A stretch of DNA of 36,805 bases from a virus. Its lineage: Duplodnaviria > Caudoviricetes. The translations under genes and the position numbers were made by a program. The notes under the pieces were generated by a model, which saw only the letters and a program-made list of their open reading frames with translations, searched no databases and was not told the DNA's origin. The stretch lies in IMG/VR virus record IMGVR_UViG_3300032295_001223, positions 1-36,805 of that record, one strand, 5' to 3'. Within the stretch, counting starts at the first letter, position 1. Each line of letters begins with the position of its first letter. This document shows positions 1-14,188 of the stretch, one piece after another.

Positions 1-5254
<5,254 letters not shown>

Positions 5255-5267
5255 TAGGAGAAATAAA

Positions 5268-5621
5268 ATGGCAACATATAGTAAAGTCGCTTTGTCTGGA
5301 AGCACAAATGGCAAACAAATTAAAGTAGCGACAACTGGAACAACTGGAACAACAGTACATACTGCTCAATCTGGCACAACATATTGGGATGAAATATGGA
5401 TTTATGCAGTTAATTCTTCAGCATCAGCTGTTAAACTAACAATTGAATGGGGAGAAACAACTGTACCTGATGGTAATATTGAAATTACAATACCACCAGA
5501 AAATGGATATACATTAGTTATTCCAGGTTTAATTTTACAAAACTCGTTGGTTGTAACTGCGTTTGCAGGAACCGCAAACGTTATTAAACTTAATGGATAT
5601 GTGAATAGGATAAGCGCATAA
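5268..5621 (+). CDS. Small virion/fibre-associated beta-rich protein
   Basis: AGGAG RBS; 117 aa beta-strand-rich sequence (DEIWIYAVN...GYVNRIS); directly follows the fibre gene. Confidence 0.75.
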   Translation: MATYSKVALSGSTNGKQIKVATTGTTGTTVHTAQSGTTYWDEIWIYAVNSSASAVKLTIEWGETTVPDGNIEITIPPENGYTLVIPGLILQNSLVVTAFAGTANVIKLNGYVNRISA

Positions 5622-5622
5622 A

Positions 5623-6540
5623 ATGAGTGAATTTACTTTAGGTGCAAGATTTAAACCAGGTGGTCAAATAAACACTAATCTTTGGTTACCACAAAATGCT
5701 TCAGCACAAAATTTACTTAAAGTAGACTGGTTAATAATTGCTGGAGGTGGAGCTGGCGGTGCGATTTCAGGAAGCAGTGGATGGGTAGGCGGTGGAGGAG
5801 GTGCTGGTGGCTACAGAGCAAGTATTGGAAACAATAATACTGGAGCATCGCTTACTTCTGGTGGTAATAGTTTTTTTGAAGGAACATTATTTCTACCAAA
5901 AGGTGAATATACAATTGTTGTTGGAGCTGGTGGAAGTGTAGCTGCAGGTTCAAGTGGTGGAAATGGAAATCCGTCTTCTATTCGTGGTTATGATATTTTT
6001 ATTGAATCACTTGGTGGAGGCGGTGGAGGTTTTGGTAATGGCAGCGGCAATGGTGGAAATGGTCTTTCTGGTGGCTCAGGTGGAGGTGGAGGAAGCGGAA
6101 GTTCTACAGGTGGTTCAGGTGGAAGTGGAACAACTGGACAAGGTTTTTCTGGCGGAAATGCCTTTTCTGGTGTAGGACGCGCAGGCGGTGGTGGCGGCGC
6201 AGGCGGCGCAGGCGGCAACGCTACAGGTACAAATAGTGGTGCTGGAGGAACTAGCTTAGCTTCAACCATAACTGCATCATCAGTAAACAGAACATCTGGT
6301 GGAGGAGTTGCAACATCTGGTGGAGGAACTGCTGGAACCGCAAATACTGGTAATGGTGGACAAGGTGCATTTAGTTCTACTCCAACTGGAAATGGTGGTT
6401 CTGGAATAGTAATTGTTAGATACTATCTTGGAGAAATATCTAGTAAAGGTTTTACTGTTTCTGGAGGAACATACAATAGCCCTAACTCAACTATTGGCGT
6501 TCGTACATTTACTGCGTCTGGAACACTTTCAATAACTTAA
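5623..6540 (+). CDS. Glycine-rich virion/tail-associated protein
   Basis: LIIAGGGAGG...GGGGGAGG...GGSGIVIVRY pattern typical of phage glycine-rich domain proteins. Confidence 0.8.
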   Translation: MSEFTLGARFKPGGQINTNLWLPQNASAQNLLKVDWLIIAGGGAGGAISGSSGWVGGGGGAGGYRASIGNNNTGASLTSGGNSFFEGTLFLPKGEYTIVVGAGGSVAAGSSGGNGNPSSIRGYDIFIESLGGGGGGFGNGSGNGGNGLSGGSGGGGGSGSSTGGSGGSGTTGQGFSGGNAFSGVGRAGGGGGAGGAGGNATGTNSGAGGTSLASTITASSVNRTSGGGVATSGGGTAGTANTGNGGQGAFSSTPTGNGGSGIVIVRYYLGEISSKGFTVSGGTYNSPNSTIGVRTFTASGTLSIT

Positions 6541-6549
6541 AGAGGAATT

Positions 6550-6834
6550 ATGGCACATTGGGCAGAAATAGATAAAAATAATATTGTTATAAGAGTTGTT
6601 GTTACTGATAATAATGACCCAAATAGCGATGAAGGTTATCAATGGTTAGTAAATAACTTAAAAGGAAAATGGATTCAAGCTTCTTACAATGGAAATATTA
6701 GAAAAAACTTTCCTGGTCCTGGATTTATTTATGATGAATCAAGAGACGCATTTATAACTCCAAAACCATTAACTGAAGGAACTTGGGTTTTCAATGAAGA
6801 AACTTGTCAATGGTATGACGAAGATTTTATTTAA
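6550..6834 (+). CDS. Conserved phage protein (MAHWAEID type), commonly downstream of glycine-rich genes
   Basis: AGAGGA RBS; MAHWAEIDKNNIVIRV...WIQASYN..RKNFPG.G..YD..RDAFI.PKP motif. Confidence 0.75.
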   Translation: MAHWAEIDKNNIVIRVVVTDNNDPNSDEGYQWLVNNLKGKWIQASYNGNIRKNFPGPGFIYDESRDAFITPKPLTEGTWVFNEETCQWYDEDFI

Positions 6835-6849
6835 AAGGAAGTATAAATA

Positions 6850-7305
6850 ATGGCAATAGATTTCCCATCCTCTCCAGTCAACGGACAAACTTTTACCGCT
6901 GGTGATAACACATGGATTTGGAGTTCTTCTTTATCTGCATGGGAACTAGACATTCCTACAATTTCTGGACCCACTGGACCCACTGGACCCCAAGGTGATT
7001 GGGCATCGCCTCAAATAATAAATGTACAAACAGGTACATCTTACACTGTGCTAAATAGTGATGATGGAAAACTAATAACATTAAATAATAGTTCTACTGT
7101 CACAGTTACTGTTGATGGTTCAACTGCACTTAATCCTGGACAAAGAATAGACTTAATTAGATTAGGTTCTGGTGGAGTTATTGTTTCTGCTTCAGGCGTT
7201 ACTATTAATGGAACTCCAGGATTAAATCTTAGAGCACAGTATTCTGCAGCAACTTTAATCTGCTTATCATCAAATAATTATGTTTTAGTTGGAGATTTAG
7301 TTTAA
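6850..7305 (+). CDS. Short fibre/adaptor protein
   Basis: MAIDFPSSPVNGQTF N-terminal module, a short GPT collagen stretch, and a C-terminal YTVLNSDDGKLI...LRAQYSAATL...VLVGDL module. Confidence 0.75.
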   Translation: MAIDFPSSPVNGQTFTAGDNTWIWSSSLSAWELDIPTISGPTGPTGPQGDWASPQIINVQTGTSYTVLNSDDGKLITLNNSSTVTVTVDGSTALNPGQRIDLIRLGSGGVIVSASGVTINGTPGLNLRAQYSAATLICLSSNNYVLVGDLV

Positions 7306-7307
7306 TC

Positions 7308-8351
7308 ATGCCATCAACTATTGGAATCGTTGCATCTCATATAGTTCCTGAAAAAACAACCGTTGTTATGGGAGCAAACTCTGCTAACGGTTGGATTGCT
7401 GCGTTTCCAATTACATCTTATGGATGGGGTACTCGTTTAGCAAATCCTGTATCACTTCCTACAAACTCGATTGGTGATTTATCTTTTTCTCCATCAGCAT
7501 CTGCTTTATTAATTAACTGGGCTTCAACTCCACAACAAAGATTAAGAGCTTATCAATGGACTTCTTCTGGGTTTGGTTCAGCTTATACATCAGTAAGCGG
7601 AACTTTTGGATTTAGACCAATTTTTAACAATGCATCAACAAGAATTATTTATACAATTCAAGCTTCAGGAAGTAATCAAACAATAGCACGAAGAGTATGG
7701 TCAGATTCAACAGGTTTTGGAACTGAAACAACTGGAACTACAATTCCAGGAAGTACACAACAAATTGCAATGCATCCAAGCGGAAATTCTGTAGCATTTG
7801 CTCATGAAAACTCTCCAACTATTAGTGTATTTCCATGGTCTGATTCAACAGGATTTGGAACAAAATATGCAAATCCTTCTCCAGCATTGCCTCCAGATGT
7901 ATCTTATGGTGTTACTTTTAATCCAAGCGGAAATGCAATAACAATGGGAATATTTGGTGATGCTGGCATAGCAAGTTATGCATGGTCTAACTCAACTGGA
8001 TTTGGAACAAAGTACTCTGACCCATCTCCATCTCTGCCTGGAAACACTTTTAAAACTGCTTATTCTCCAAATGGAAATGATATAGTGTTAGCACATAGTG
8101 GTAGTCCATATGTAACAGCATATAGTTGGTCATCTGGTTTTGGCACTAAATACAGTAATCCAACAAGTTTGCCAGCTGGAAATGGAAACAAAATATCATT
8201 TACGCCTTCTGGAACTGAAGTTGTTGTAGGAGTAAATGGTTCTCCAGACCTGGTTGCATATGCATGGAACTCTGGTTGGGGAACAAAATATGCAAATCCA
8301 TCGGTAACTCCAACATCAGCAGAATTTACAATAAGTCCAAAGTATAATTAA
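7308..8351 (+). CDS. Putative 7-bladed beta-propeller receptor-binding protein
   Basis: Seven ~46-aa repeats containing W-x(2-4)-G[FW]GTKY[AS][ND]P and F[SN]PSG motifs. Confidence 0.75.
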   Translation: MPSTIGIVASHIVPEKTTVVMGANSANGWIAAFPITSYGWGTRLANPVSLPTNSIGDLSFSPSASALLINWASTPQQRLRAYQWTSSGFGSAYTSVSGTFGFRPIFNNASTRIIYTIQASGSNQTIARRVWSDSTGFGTETTGTTIPGSTQQIAMHPSGNSVAFAHENSPTISVFPWSDSTGFGTKYANPSPALPPDVSYGVTFNPSGNAITMGIFGDAGIASYAWSNSTGFGTKYSDPSPSLPGNTFKTAYSPNGNDIVLAHSGSPYVTAYSWSSGFGTKYSNPTSLPAGNGNKISFTPSGTEVVVGVNGSPDLVAYAWNSGWGTKYANPSVTPTSAEFTISPKYN

Positions 8352-8364
8352 TCAAAGGAATAAT

Positions 8365-8658
8365 ATGACAAACGAAGAATTAATTCAATTACGCAGAGAT
8401 GAACTTTCTGCTTATCAAAATAATATTGATAATTTTAATGCAATAATTGCAACACTTCCAAGCTCTTTGCCATCACGCCTTGAATCATATCGTTCAAGAA
8501 CTGATAAACATGAAGCAGCAGCAGAAATACAAGATTTAGATGATGTTAAACTTGTTAGTGATGTTTGGTTCCATGATGAATTACAAGCACGTATTCGCTC
8601 AGAGATAGTTGAAATGCGCAAAGTAGAAGCAATATTGACAGTACTAGAAAGTAATTAA
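8365..8658 (+). CDS. Hypothetical helical protein (possible fibre chaperone)
   Basis: AAGGA RBS; 97 aa; its stop overlaps the TerL start (TAATG). Confidence 0.7.
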   Translation: MTNEELIQLRRDELSAYQNNIDNFNAIIATLPSSLPSRLESYRSRTDKHEAAAEIQDLDDVKLVSDVWFHDELQARIRSEIVEMRKVEAILTVLESN

Positions 8659-10250
8659 TGGAACTAGAAGCTCTTGTAAACGAATATAACTTTAGAAAAT
8701 GTAAAGGCCCTCAGGATGCAACGGATGACCAGCTTCTGGAGGCTTTTATTTTCTTCTGCAATAACTTTGCCCATATTAAACATCCTAATAAAGGTAAAAT
8801 ATTATTTGAATTGCGTGATGCTCAGATTGAAACAGCTAAGGCATGGATATCTAATAGATACACAATAGTTTTAAAGTCACGTCAGATTGGCTTCTCTACA
8901 TTAGCGGCAGCTTATTCATTTTGGATTACTTATTTTTGGCCAGATAGATTTGTTGTCATGCTTTCAAAAACAGAGCGTGAAGCAACTAAGCTACTCGGCA
9001 AATCAAAGTATATCTATAAATTTCTACCAGACTGGTTAAGATTAGCTGGCCCGGAATTAACACAAAACAACATGCTTAAAATGACATTTGATAATGAATC
9101 AGTTATTGAATCATTGCCATCTGCAAATGAGCCTGCTCGTGGTGAATCTGTTTATCTAGCCATCATTGACGAAATGGCATTCTTGCCTAACCCAGAAGAA
9201 GCATGGGCAGCTATTGAGCCAATTGCTGACGTAGGTGGTCGAGTTATATGCTTGTCTACTGCTAAGGGTGAAGGTAATATTTTCTTTAATCTTTGGCATG
9301 GTAGTCAAACAGGAACCAATAGATTCCGTGGAATTTTCTTTCCTTGGTCAGCTAATACAGACCGTGGACAAGAGTGGTATGACGCACAGAAAAAAGAACT
9401 ACCAGAATGGCAGTTACATCAAGAATATCCATCTAATCCAGAAGAAGCATTTATTCGTTCTGGTCGTCCTGTTTTTGATATTGATGCTTTAAATCGCCAG
9501 CAGACAGAAAAGCCTAAGACTGGTATTAACAAAAGGATAAATGAAGGACAGAATTCTTTTATCTTTGAATCATCTGGTGGACCATTATCAGTATGGGCGA
9601 TGCCTCAGTTTGGTGGAGTATATTGCATTGGAGCAGACGTTGCTGAAGGTTTGGCTAGAGGTGACTATTCATCAGCTCATGTTATAGATGCCAAAACTGG
9701 ATTAATAGTTGCTCATTGGCATGGGCATATTGACCCTGACAGATTTGGTGAAGAAGTATTATTACCTTTAGGTTATTTTTATAACTCAGCTTTAATTGGA
9801 GTTGAATCTAACAACCATGGTTTAACAACATTAACATCTTTAAATAAAGCTAATTATGTTAATCTTTATCGTCAAAGAAAATTAAACCAAAGGCATGCAG
9901 AACCTACAGAATCTCTTGGTTGGCGCACAACAACATTATCCAAGCCTCTAGCAATAGATGAGCTTAATGCATCAATAAGAGATGGTGAAGTAGAAATACT
10001 ATGCGAGTATACAATTGCAGAATTAAAGACATTTGTTAGAAATGATAATGGTTCTACAAATGGCTCCCCACATGACGACAGGGTTATGTCTTTGGCAATT
10101 GCTAGACAGATGTTAAAATATGTATGGCTTTCAGAATATAGACCAAGCCAAGAAAAACCTTTTGGAACTCTAGATTGGTTTGCTACTAAAGTTAAAAAAG
10201 CAACTCCAGAAAAAGAACGTTACTATATAGGTGAGTTTAACAATTACTGA
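8658..10250 (+). CDS. terL: Terminase large subunit
   Basis: Walker A variant LKSRQIGFST, Walker B AIIDEMA, coupling motif LSTAKG, nuclease IGADVAEG, GVESN and HDDRVMS. Confidence 0.95.
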   Translation: MELEALVNEYNFRKCKGPQDATDDQLLEAFIFFCNNFAHIKHPNKGKILFELRDAQIETAKAWISNRYTIVLKSRQIGFSTLAAAYSFWITYFWPDRFVVMLSKTEREATKLLGKSKYIYKFLPDWLRLAGPELTQNNMLKMTFDNESVIESLPSANEPARGESVYLAIIDEMAFLPNPEEAWAAIEPIADVGGRVICLSTAKGEGNIFFNLWHGSQTGTNRFRGIFFPWSANTDRGQEWYDAQKKELPEWQLHQEYPSNPEEAFIRSGRPVFDIDALNRQQTEKPKTGINKRINEGQNSFIFESSGGPLSVWAMPQFGGVYCIGADVAEGLARGDYSSAHVIDAKTGLIVAHWHGHIDPDRFGEEVLLPLGYFYNSALIGVESNNHGLTTLTSLNKANYVNLYRQRKLNQRHAEPTESLGWRTTTLSKPLAIDELNASIRDGEVEILCEYTIAELKTFVRNDNGSTNGSPHDDRVMSLAIARQMLKYVWLSEYRPSQEKPFGTLDWFATKVKKATPEKERYYIGEFNNY

Positions 10251-10253
10251 TAT

Positions 10254-10279
10254 GTAATAATGTAGACATTAATATAGGA
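10254..10279 (+). promoter_or_regulatory. Phage-specific promoter-like motif GTAA-N15-TATAGGA
   Basis: GTAATAATGTAGACATTAATATAGGA; the same spacing recurs at four other intergenic sites. Confidence 0.7.
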
Positions 10280-10286
10280 GATTTAT

Positions 10287-10508
10287 ATGAATTTATGCGA
10301 ATGCGGACGCCAATTGAAGTCAGAAACAGACAATAGCAGGGGCTATTGCTTTGCTTGTCATGTTAAAACTGTTCGATTAGGTTTTGTTGAAGGAAAAGAT
10401 AAGTTTCATGGACCAACTATCCGTGAACGCCAAAGATACTATGAAGATTCACCAGCTTTTAAAAAGGGTGAAATTGAAAAGGTACCAGCAAGAAAAGAAT
10501 TAATTTAA
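10287..10508 (+). CDS. Small putative zinc-binding protein
   Basis: CECG...CFAC cysteine pairs; AGGAG RBS. Confidence 0.75.
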   Translation: MNLCECGRQLKSETDNSRGYCFACHVKTVRLGFVEGKDKFHGPTIRERQRYYEDSPAFKKGEIEKVPARKELI

Positions 10509-10509
10509 A

Positions 10510-10713
10510 ATGGAATGGTTAGTTCCTATTATAGTTGCCGTTATTGGTGGGCCAATTGTTGTTTTATTGCAGCAATTGCGTAAAGAGAATACAGAACAAC
10601 ATGGCGAATCAAGGGCACTCTTAGAACGAGTAGCAGACAGAGTTGACAAAGTTGACGAAAAATTAGACGGTCATATTGACTGGCATTTAAAGAAAGAGAA
10701 ACACAATGGCTAA
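10510..10713 (+). CDS. Single-TM coiled-coil membrane protein
   Basis: Hydrophobic N-terminus WLVPIIVAVIGGPIVVLL followed by heptads ending LDGHIDWH. Confidence 0.75.
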   Translation: MEWLVPIIVAVIGGPIVVLLQQLRKENTEQHGESRALLERVADRVDKVDEKLDGHIDWHLKKEKHNG

Positions 10714-11098
10714 AAAACCAACAATGGCACAAGCGTTTAAAGCAGCACAAAAATCAAGTGGTTCTAAATCAGCAAAACAAAAAGACCCTTCTGACTATGG
10801 TTCATCTGCTGCTGACTTCCGTAGAAAAGAAGAAGAAGACAAGCGTATCGCTCGTGAAACAAAGCGTAACCCTAAAGATGCCAGTGGTAGTTCATACTTC
10901 GGTGAAACTCAAGAGGATAAGCCAAGAGGACCAAGGATGCCTAAAGGTACACCTGCTCATCCAGGTAGGAAGCCAGAACCATCAAACAAGAAGCCAAATC
11001 CAAAACCAAAACCTAGTCCTAAGCCTAGACCAAGTACTCCAAGTACGACCACTACTACGGTTCCTAGTGGTTTGGCACAGTCAAAGAAGAAGAAATAA
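10706..11098 (+). CDS. Lys/Pro-rich low-complexity basic protein
   Basis: 130 aa with KP repeats, ending KKKK; overlaps both neighbours. Confidence 0.7.
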   Translation: MAKKPTMAQAFKAAQKSSGSKSAKQKDPSDYGSSAADFRRKEEEDKRIARETKRNPKDASGSSYFGETQEDKPRGPRMPKGTPAHPGRKPEPSNKKPNPKPKPSPKPRPSTPSTTTTTVPSGLAQSKKKK

Positions 11099-11298
11099 TG
11101 GCACCGAATAAAAATAGAAAACCATACGATGCCAAGACGAGTACAACAACGCCAGTATGGGACACAAAGAACCCAAAACAGAAGTCAAAGAAGCTCACTC
11201 CCTCACAGAAAACGGAAGCGAAGTCCAGGGCAAAGAAAGCCGGAAGACCATATCCAAATCTTGTTGATAACATGGCAGCAGCCAGAAAGAAGAAATAA
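11098..11298 (+). CDS. Small basic protein (AGRPYPNLVDN motif)
   Basis: 66 aa; TAATG coupling to the upstream gene. Confidence 0.75.
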   Translation: MAPNKNRKPYDAKTSTTTPVWDTKNPKQKSKKLTPSQKTEAKSRAKKAGRPYPNLVDNMAAARKKK

Positions 11299-11300
11299 CA

Positions 11301-11417
11301 ATGCCTTATTCAAAATACTCAAGTAAACAAAAGAAATTAGCAGCAGTAGCTGAACCACGTAAGAAGATAACTGGAGCAGACTTAAAAGCTCTTAACTCTA
11401 AAAAGAAAAAGAAATAA
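11301..11417 (+). CDS. 38-aa basic protein, missing from the ORF track (MPYSKYSSKQKKLAAVAEPRKKITGADLKALNSKKKKK)
   Basis: Fills the gap exactly: starts 2 nt after the upstream stop, and its TAA overlaps the next ATG. Confidence 0.75.
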   Translation: MPYSKYSSKQKKLAAVAEPRKKITGADLKALNSKKKKK

Positions 11418-11728
11418 TGGCTTCTCCAGCTTGGCAGCGTTCCGAAGGCAAAAATCCTAAAGGCGGTTTAAACGCTAAAGGTCGTGCGTCTTATAAAGCA
11501 CAGACTGGTGGAACTTTGCGTGCTCCTGTTAAGTCTGGAGACAATCCAAGACGTGCATCGTTTTTAGCTAGAATGGGCGGAATGCCTGGTCCAGAAAGAG
11601 ATTTAAAAGGTAATCCAACAAGATTGTTATTATCTTTAATGGCATGGGGTGCTACATCTAAAGCTGATGCAAAAAGAAAAGCTGCAGCAATTTCAGAAAG
11701 AAACGCAAGAAAGAAAAAAGCAAAATGA
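11417..11728 (+). CDS. DUF6321-like basic phage protein
   Basis: AWQRSEGKNPKGGLNAKGRASY...RRASFLARM motif, recognised from memory of this family. Confidence 0.75.
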   Translation: MASPAWQRSEGKNPKGGLNAKGRASYKAQTGGTLRAPVKSGDNPRRASFLARMGGMPGPERDLKGNPTRLLLSLMAWGATSKADAKRKAAAISERNARKKKAK

Positions 11729-12111
11729 AATATTCAGAAACAAAATTAGGTCAAGCATTTAAAATTGCAATTGAAGTTGGTGGCGGAGAAGAACATGATA
11801 AGAACTATACCGATAGTCCTCACATGAGAAACAATGTTAAGTTGGCTCCAGCAGAACAAAAATATGTTGAATCGCTTTATGAAATTGTTGAAGAGTATGG
11901 CAGATTGTCAGACGATGATGGGAATGGTATCTGGGTTGGTTATGTATCAGCAGCAGAAAATGAAGACAAGGCAATTGGAGTAAAGTGCTCTAACTGTGCT
12001 TTTTATTGTAAAGAAATGAATGCTTGTCATATCATTGCACAAAAAATTGAAGCAGAAGGATATTGCAGATTAGCAGCTATTGGCGAAGGTCTAGTGAAGG
12101 GTAGAAAATAA
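11725..12111 (+). CDS. Protein with a C-terminal HiPIP-like four-cysteine motif
   Basis: CSNCAFY...ACHII...IEAEGYC resembles the minimal high-potential iron-sulfur protein pattern. Confidence 0.65.
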   Translation: MKYSETKLGQAFKIAIEVGGGEEHDKNYTDSPHMRNNVKLAPAEQKYVESLYEIVEEYGRLSDDDGNGIWVGYVSAAENEDKAIGVKCSNCAFYCKEMNACHIIAQKIEAEGYCRLAAIGEGLVKGRK

Positions 12112-14141
12112 TGGCGAGACAAAGTAACTCAGATAAATTATCAATGTATAGAAAGCGTGTCGACTCCTCAAAGAGTTGGCGCAAAAACGAACAATATGAT
12201 AACTTATGGAATAGAATGATTAACCTTTATCGTGGTCGTCATTATCGTGGCAATACCGTTGGAGATAGACTTTTAGTTAACATATCATTTTCAACGATTA
12301 ACACTTTAGCACCTGCTGTTTCTATTGGTCGTCCAAAGATTTTAGTTAACCCACGTCGTCCTGATGATGGAGACAAAGCTATTGTCACAGAAGAGATTAT
12401 TAACTATTGGTGGCAGCATTACGAATGCCAGCCAGAATTTCAGCGTGCAGTAAAAGATTATCTTATTTTAGGTCATGGTTGGGTTAAGACTGGTTATCGT
12501 TTTGTTGAAGAAGCAGACGTTGACAACATAGAATATACAGCTGATGAAGTAGCAGAAAAAGACCCTACTGGTGAAGTTGAATCTCAATTAATTATTCGTG
12601 AAGACCGACCATTCTTAGAACGCATTGACCCATTCGACATTTTTGTAGACCCTTCCTCAACATCATTAAATGACATGCGTTGGATTGCCCAAAGAATTCG
12701 CAGACCAATGAAAGATGTAAAAGCAGACGAAAGATATAACTACACTGCTAGACAAGAAGTTACTCCTAGTTCATATTCGCTTTATGCAAGCGATATGTCA
12801 CAAAATCCGGCAAATACAAATTATTCAATTAATAATCCTGATGATGCTTTCTGTGATATATATGAATACTATGATATTAACACTGGTGAGATGTCTGTCT
12901 TTTCAGATTCAGGTGGAGAAAAGTTTTTAATTAAACCAACTAAGATTCCTTATGTTTTTGGTCATCCATTCTTTATGTTAAGAAACTATGACATTCCAGG
13001 TTACTTTTATCCAATGGGCGAGCTTGAAGCTATTGAGCCATTGCAGCAAGAATTAAACGAAACTCGTACACAGATGATGAACCACAGAAAGCGTTACTCA
13101 CGCAAGTGGTTGTTTACTGAATCTGCGTTTGATGATTTTGGTCGCCAAGCTTTAGCATCAGATGATGACAATGTTATCGTTCCTGTTAAAGGAAATGAAA
13201 ATCTTAATAATGTTGTTGTGCCAATGCCGGCATTAATCAACCCACCAGAGTTTTACAACCAGTCTGCTTTGATTCAAAATGACATTGACCGTGTATCAGG
13301 TGTATCTGAATACCAGCGTGGTGCAATCCCAGAGACAACTCGTACTGCTAGAGAAGCTGCTATTATCGCTGAGGCCGGCAATGCAAGAGTTGCTGAAAAG
13401 TTAATTCAGATTGAAAATGCTATAGCAAGATGTGCAAGTAATTTAATAATGCTAGCTCAGCAATACATGACTGGTGAACAGACTGTTCGTATAGTTGGTA
13501 GTGAGACTGCTCCAGTATGGTTAACTTTTGATAAAGATTATATTTCTGGTGAGTTTGATTTTATGGTTGAAGCTGGTTCTACAGCTCCACGCAATGAAGC
13601 TTTCCGTAGAGATATGGCACTTCAAATGGTTTCAGCAATGCAGCCGTTTGCTCAAGCTGGAATCGTTGACCTTCCTAAACTTGCAGAATATGTATTGGGC
13701 ACTGGCTTTGGAGTTAAAAATCCTCAAGCGTTCTTGACTACTCCACCACCACAGGCCATGGAAGGCCAAGGCGGACAGCCTATGGGACCAGGTGGACCAG
13801 AGGGTATGCCACCAGGAATGCCACCAGCTGGTCAGATTTCAGGCCCAGGACCACAAGTACCAGCATCCCCACAGGAAATGGCTTTGGCACCAGAAGAACT
13901 TATAACAATAATTCAAGGTTTAGAAAGTGGAGAACTTACTCCAGAAGAAGTACCTCCTGAAATATTAGCTCAAATAGAACAGTTTTTAGCTGAACAAGGC
14001 GGACAGCAAGCTCCTGCTCAGGGAGAAATGCCTGAACAATTAGCCCTTATTCTTCAAGGACTCCAATCTGGAGAGCTTCAGCCACAAGACGTACCACCTG
14101 AAATTTTAGCTCAACTAGAGCAACAAATGCAGGGTATGTAA
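12111..14141 (+). CDS. Portal protein (P22-like) with an extended Pro/Gln-rich C-terminus
   Basis: 676 aa between TerL and scaffold; GHGWVKTG, RIDPFDIFVDP, SGVSEYQRG and TAREA motifs. Confidence 0.9.
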   Translation: MARQSNSDKLSMYRKRVDSSKSWRKNEQYDNLWNRMINLYRGRHYRGNTVGDRLLVNISFSTINTLAPAVSIGRPKILVNPRRPDDGDKAIVTEEIINYWWQHYECQPEFQRAVKDYLILGHGWVKTGYRFVEEADVDNIEYTADEVAEKDPTGEVESQLIIREDRPFLERIDPFDIFVDPSSTSLNDMRWIAQRIRRPMKDVKADERYNYTARQEVTPSSYSLYASDMSQNPANTNYSINNPDDAFCDIYEYYDINTGEMSVFSDSGGEKFLIKPTKIPYVFGHPFFMLRNYDIPGYFYPMGELEAIEPLQQELNETRTQMMNHRKRYSRKWLFTESAFDDFGRQALASDDDNVIVPVKGNENLNNVVVPMPALINPPEFYNQSALIQNDIDRVSGVSEYQRGAIPETTRTAREAAIIAEAGNARVAEKLIQIENAIARCASNLIMLAQQYMTGEQTVRIVGSETAPVWLTFDKDYISGEFDFMVEAGSTAPRNEAFRRDMALQMVSAMQPFAQAGIVDLPKLAEYVLGTGFGVKNPQAFLTTPPPQAMEGQGGQPMGPGGPEGMPPGMPPAGQISGPGPQVPASPQEMALAPEELITIIQGLESGELTPEEVPPEILAQIEQFLAEQGGQQAPAQGEMPEQLALILQGLQSGELQPQDVPPEILAQLEQQMQGM

Positions 14142-14163
14142 TAACTTTCATATCTATATAGGA
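14138..14163 (+). promoter_or_regulatory. GTAA-N15-TATAGGA motif upstream of scaffold/capsid
   Basis: GTAATAACTTTCATATCTATATAGGA. Confidence 0.7.
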
Positions 14164-14188
14164 ACAACCTACAGAAGGCAGGACTCCA

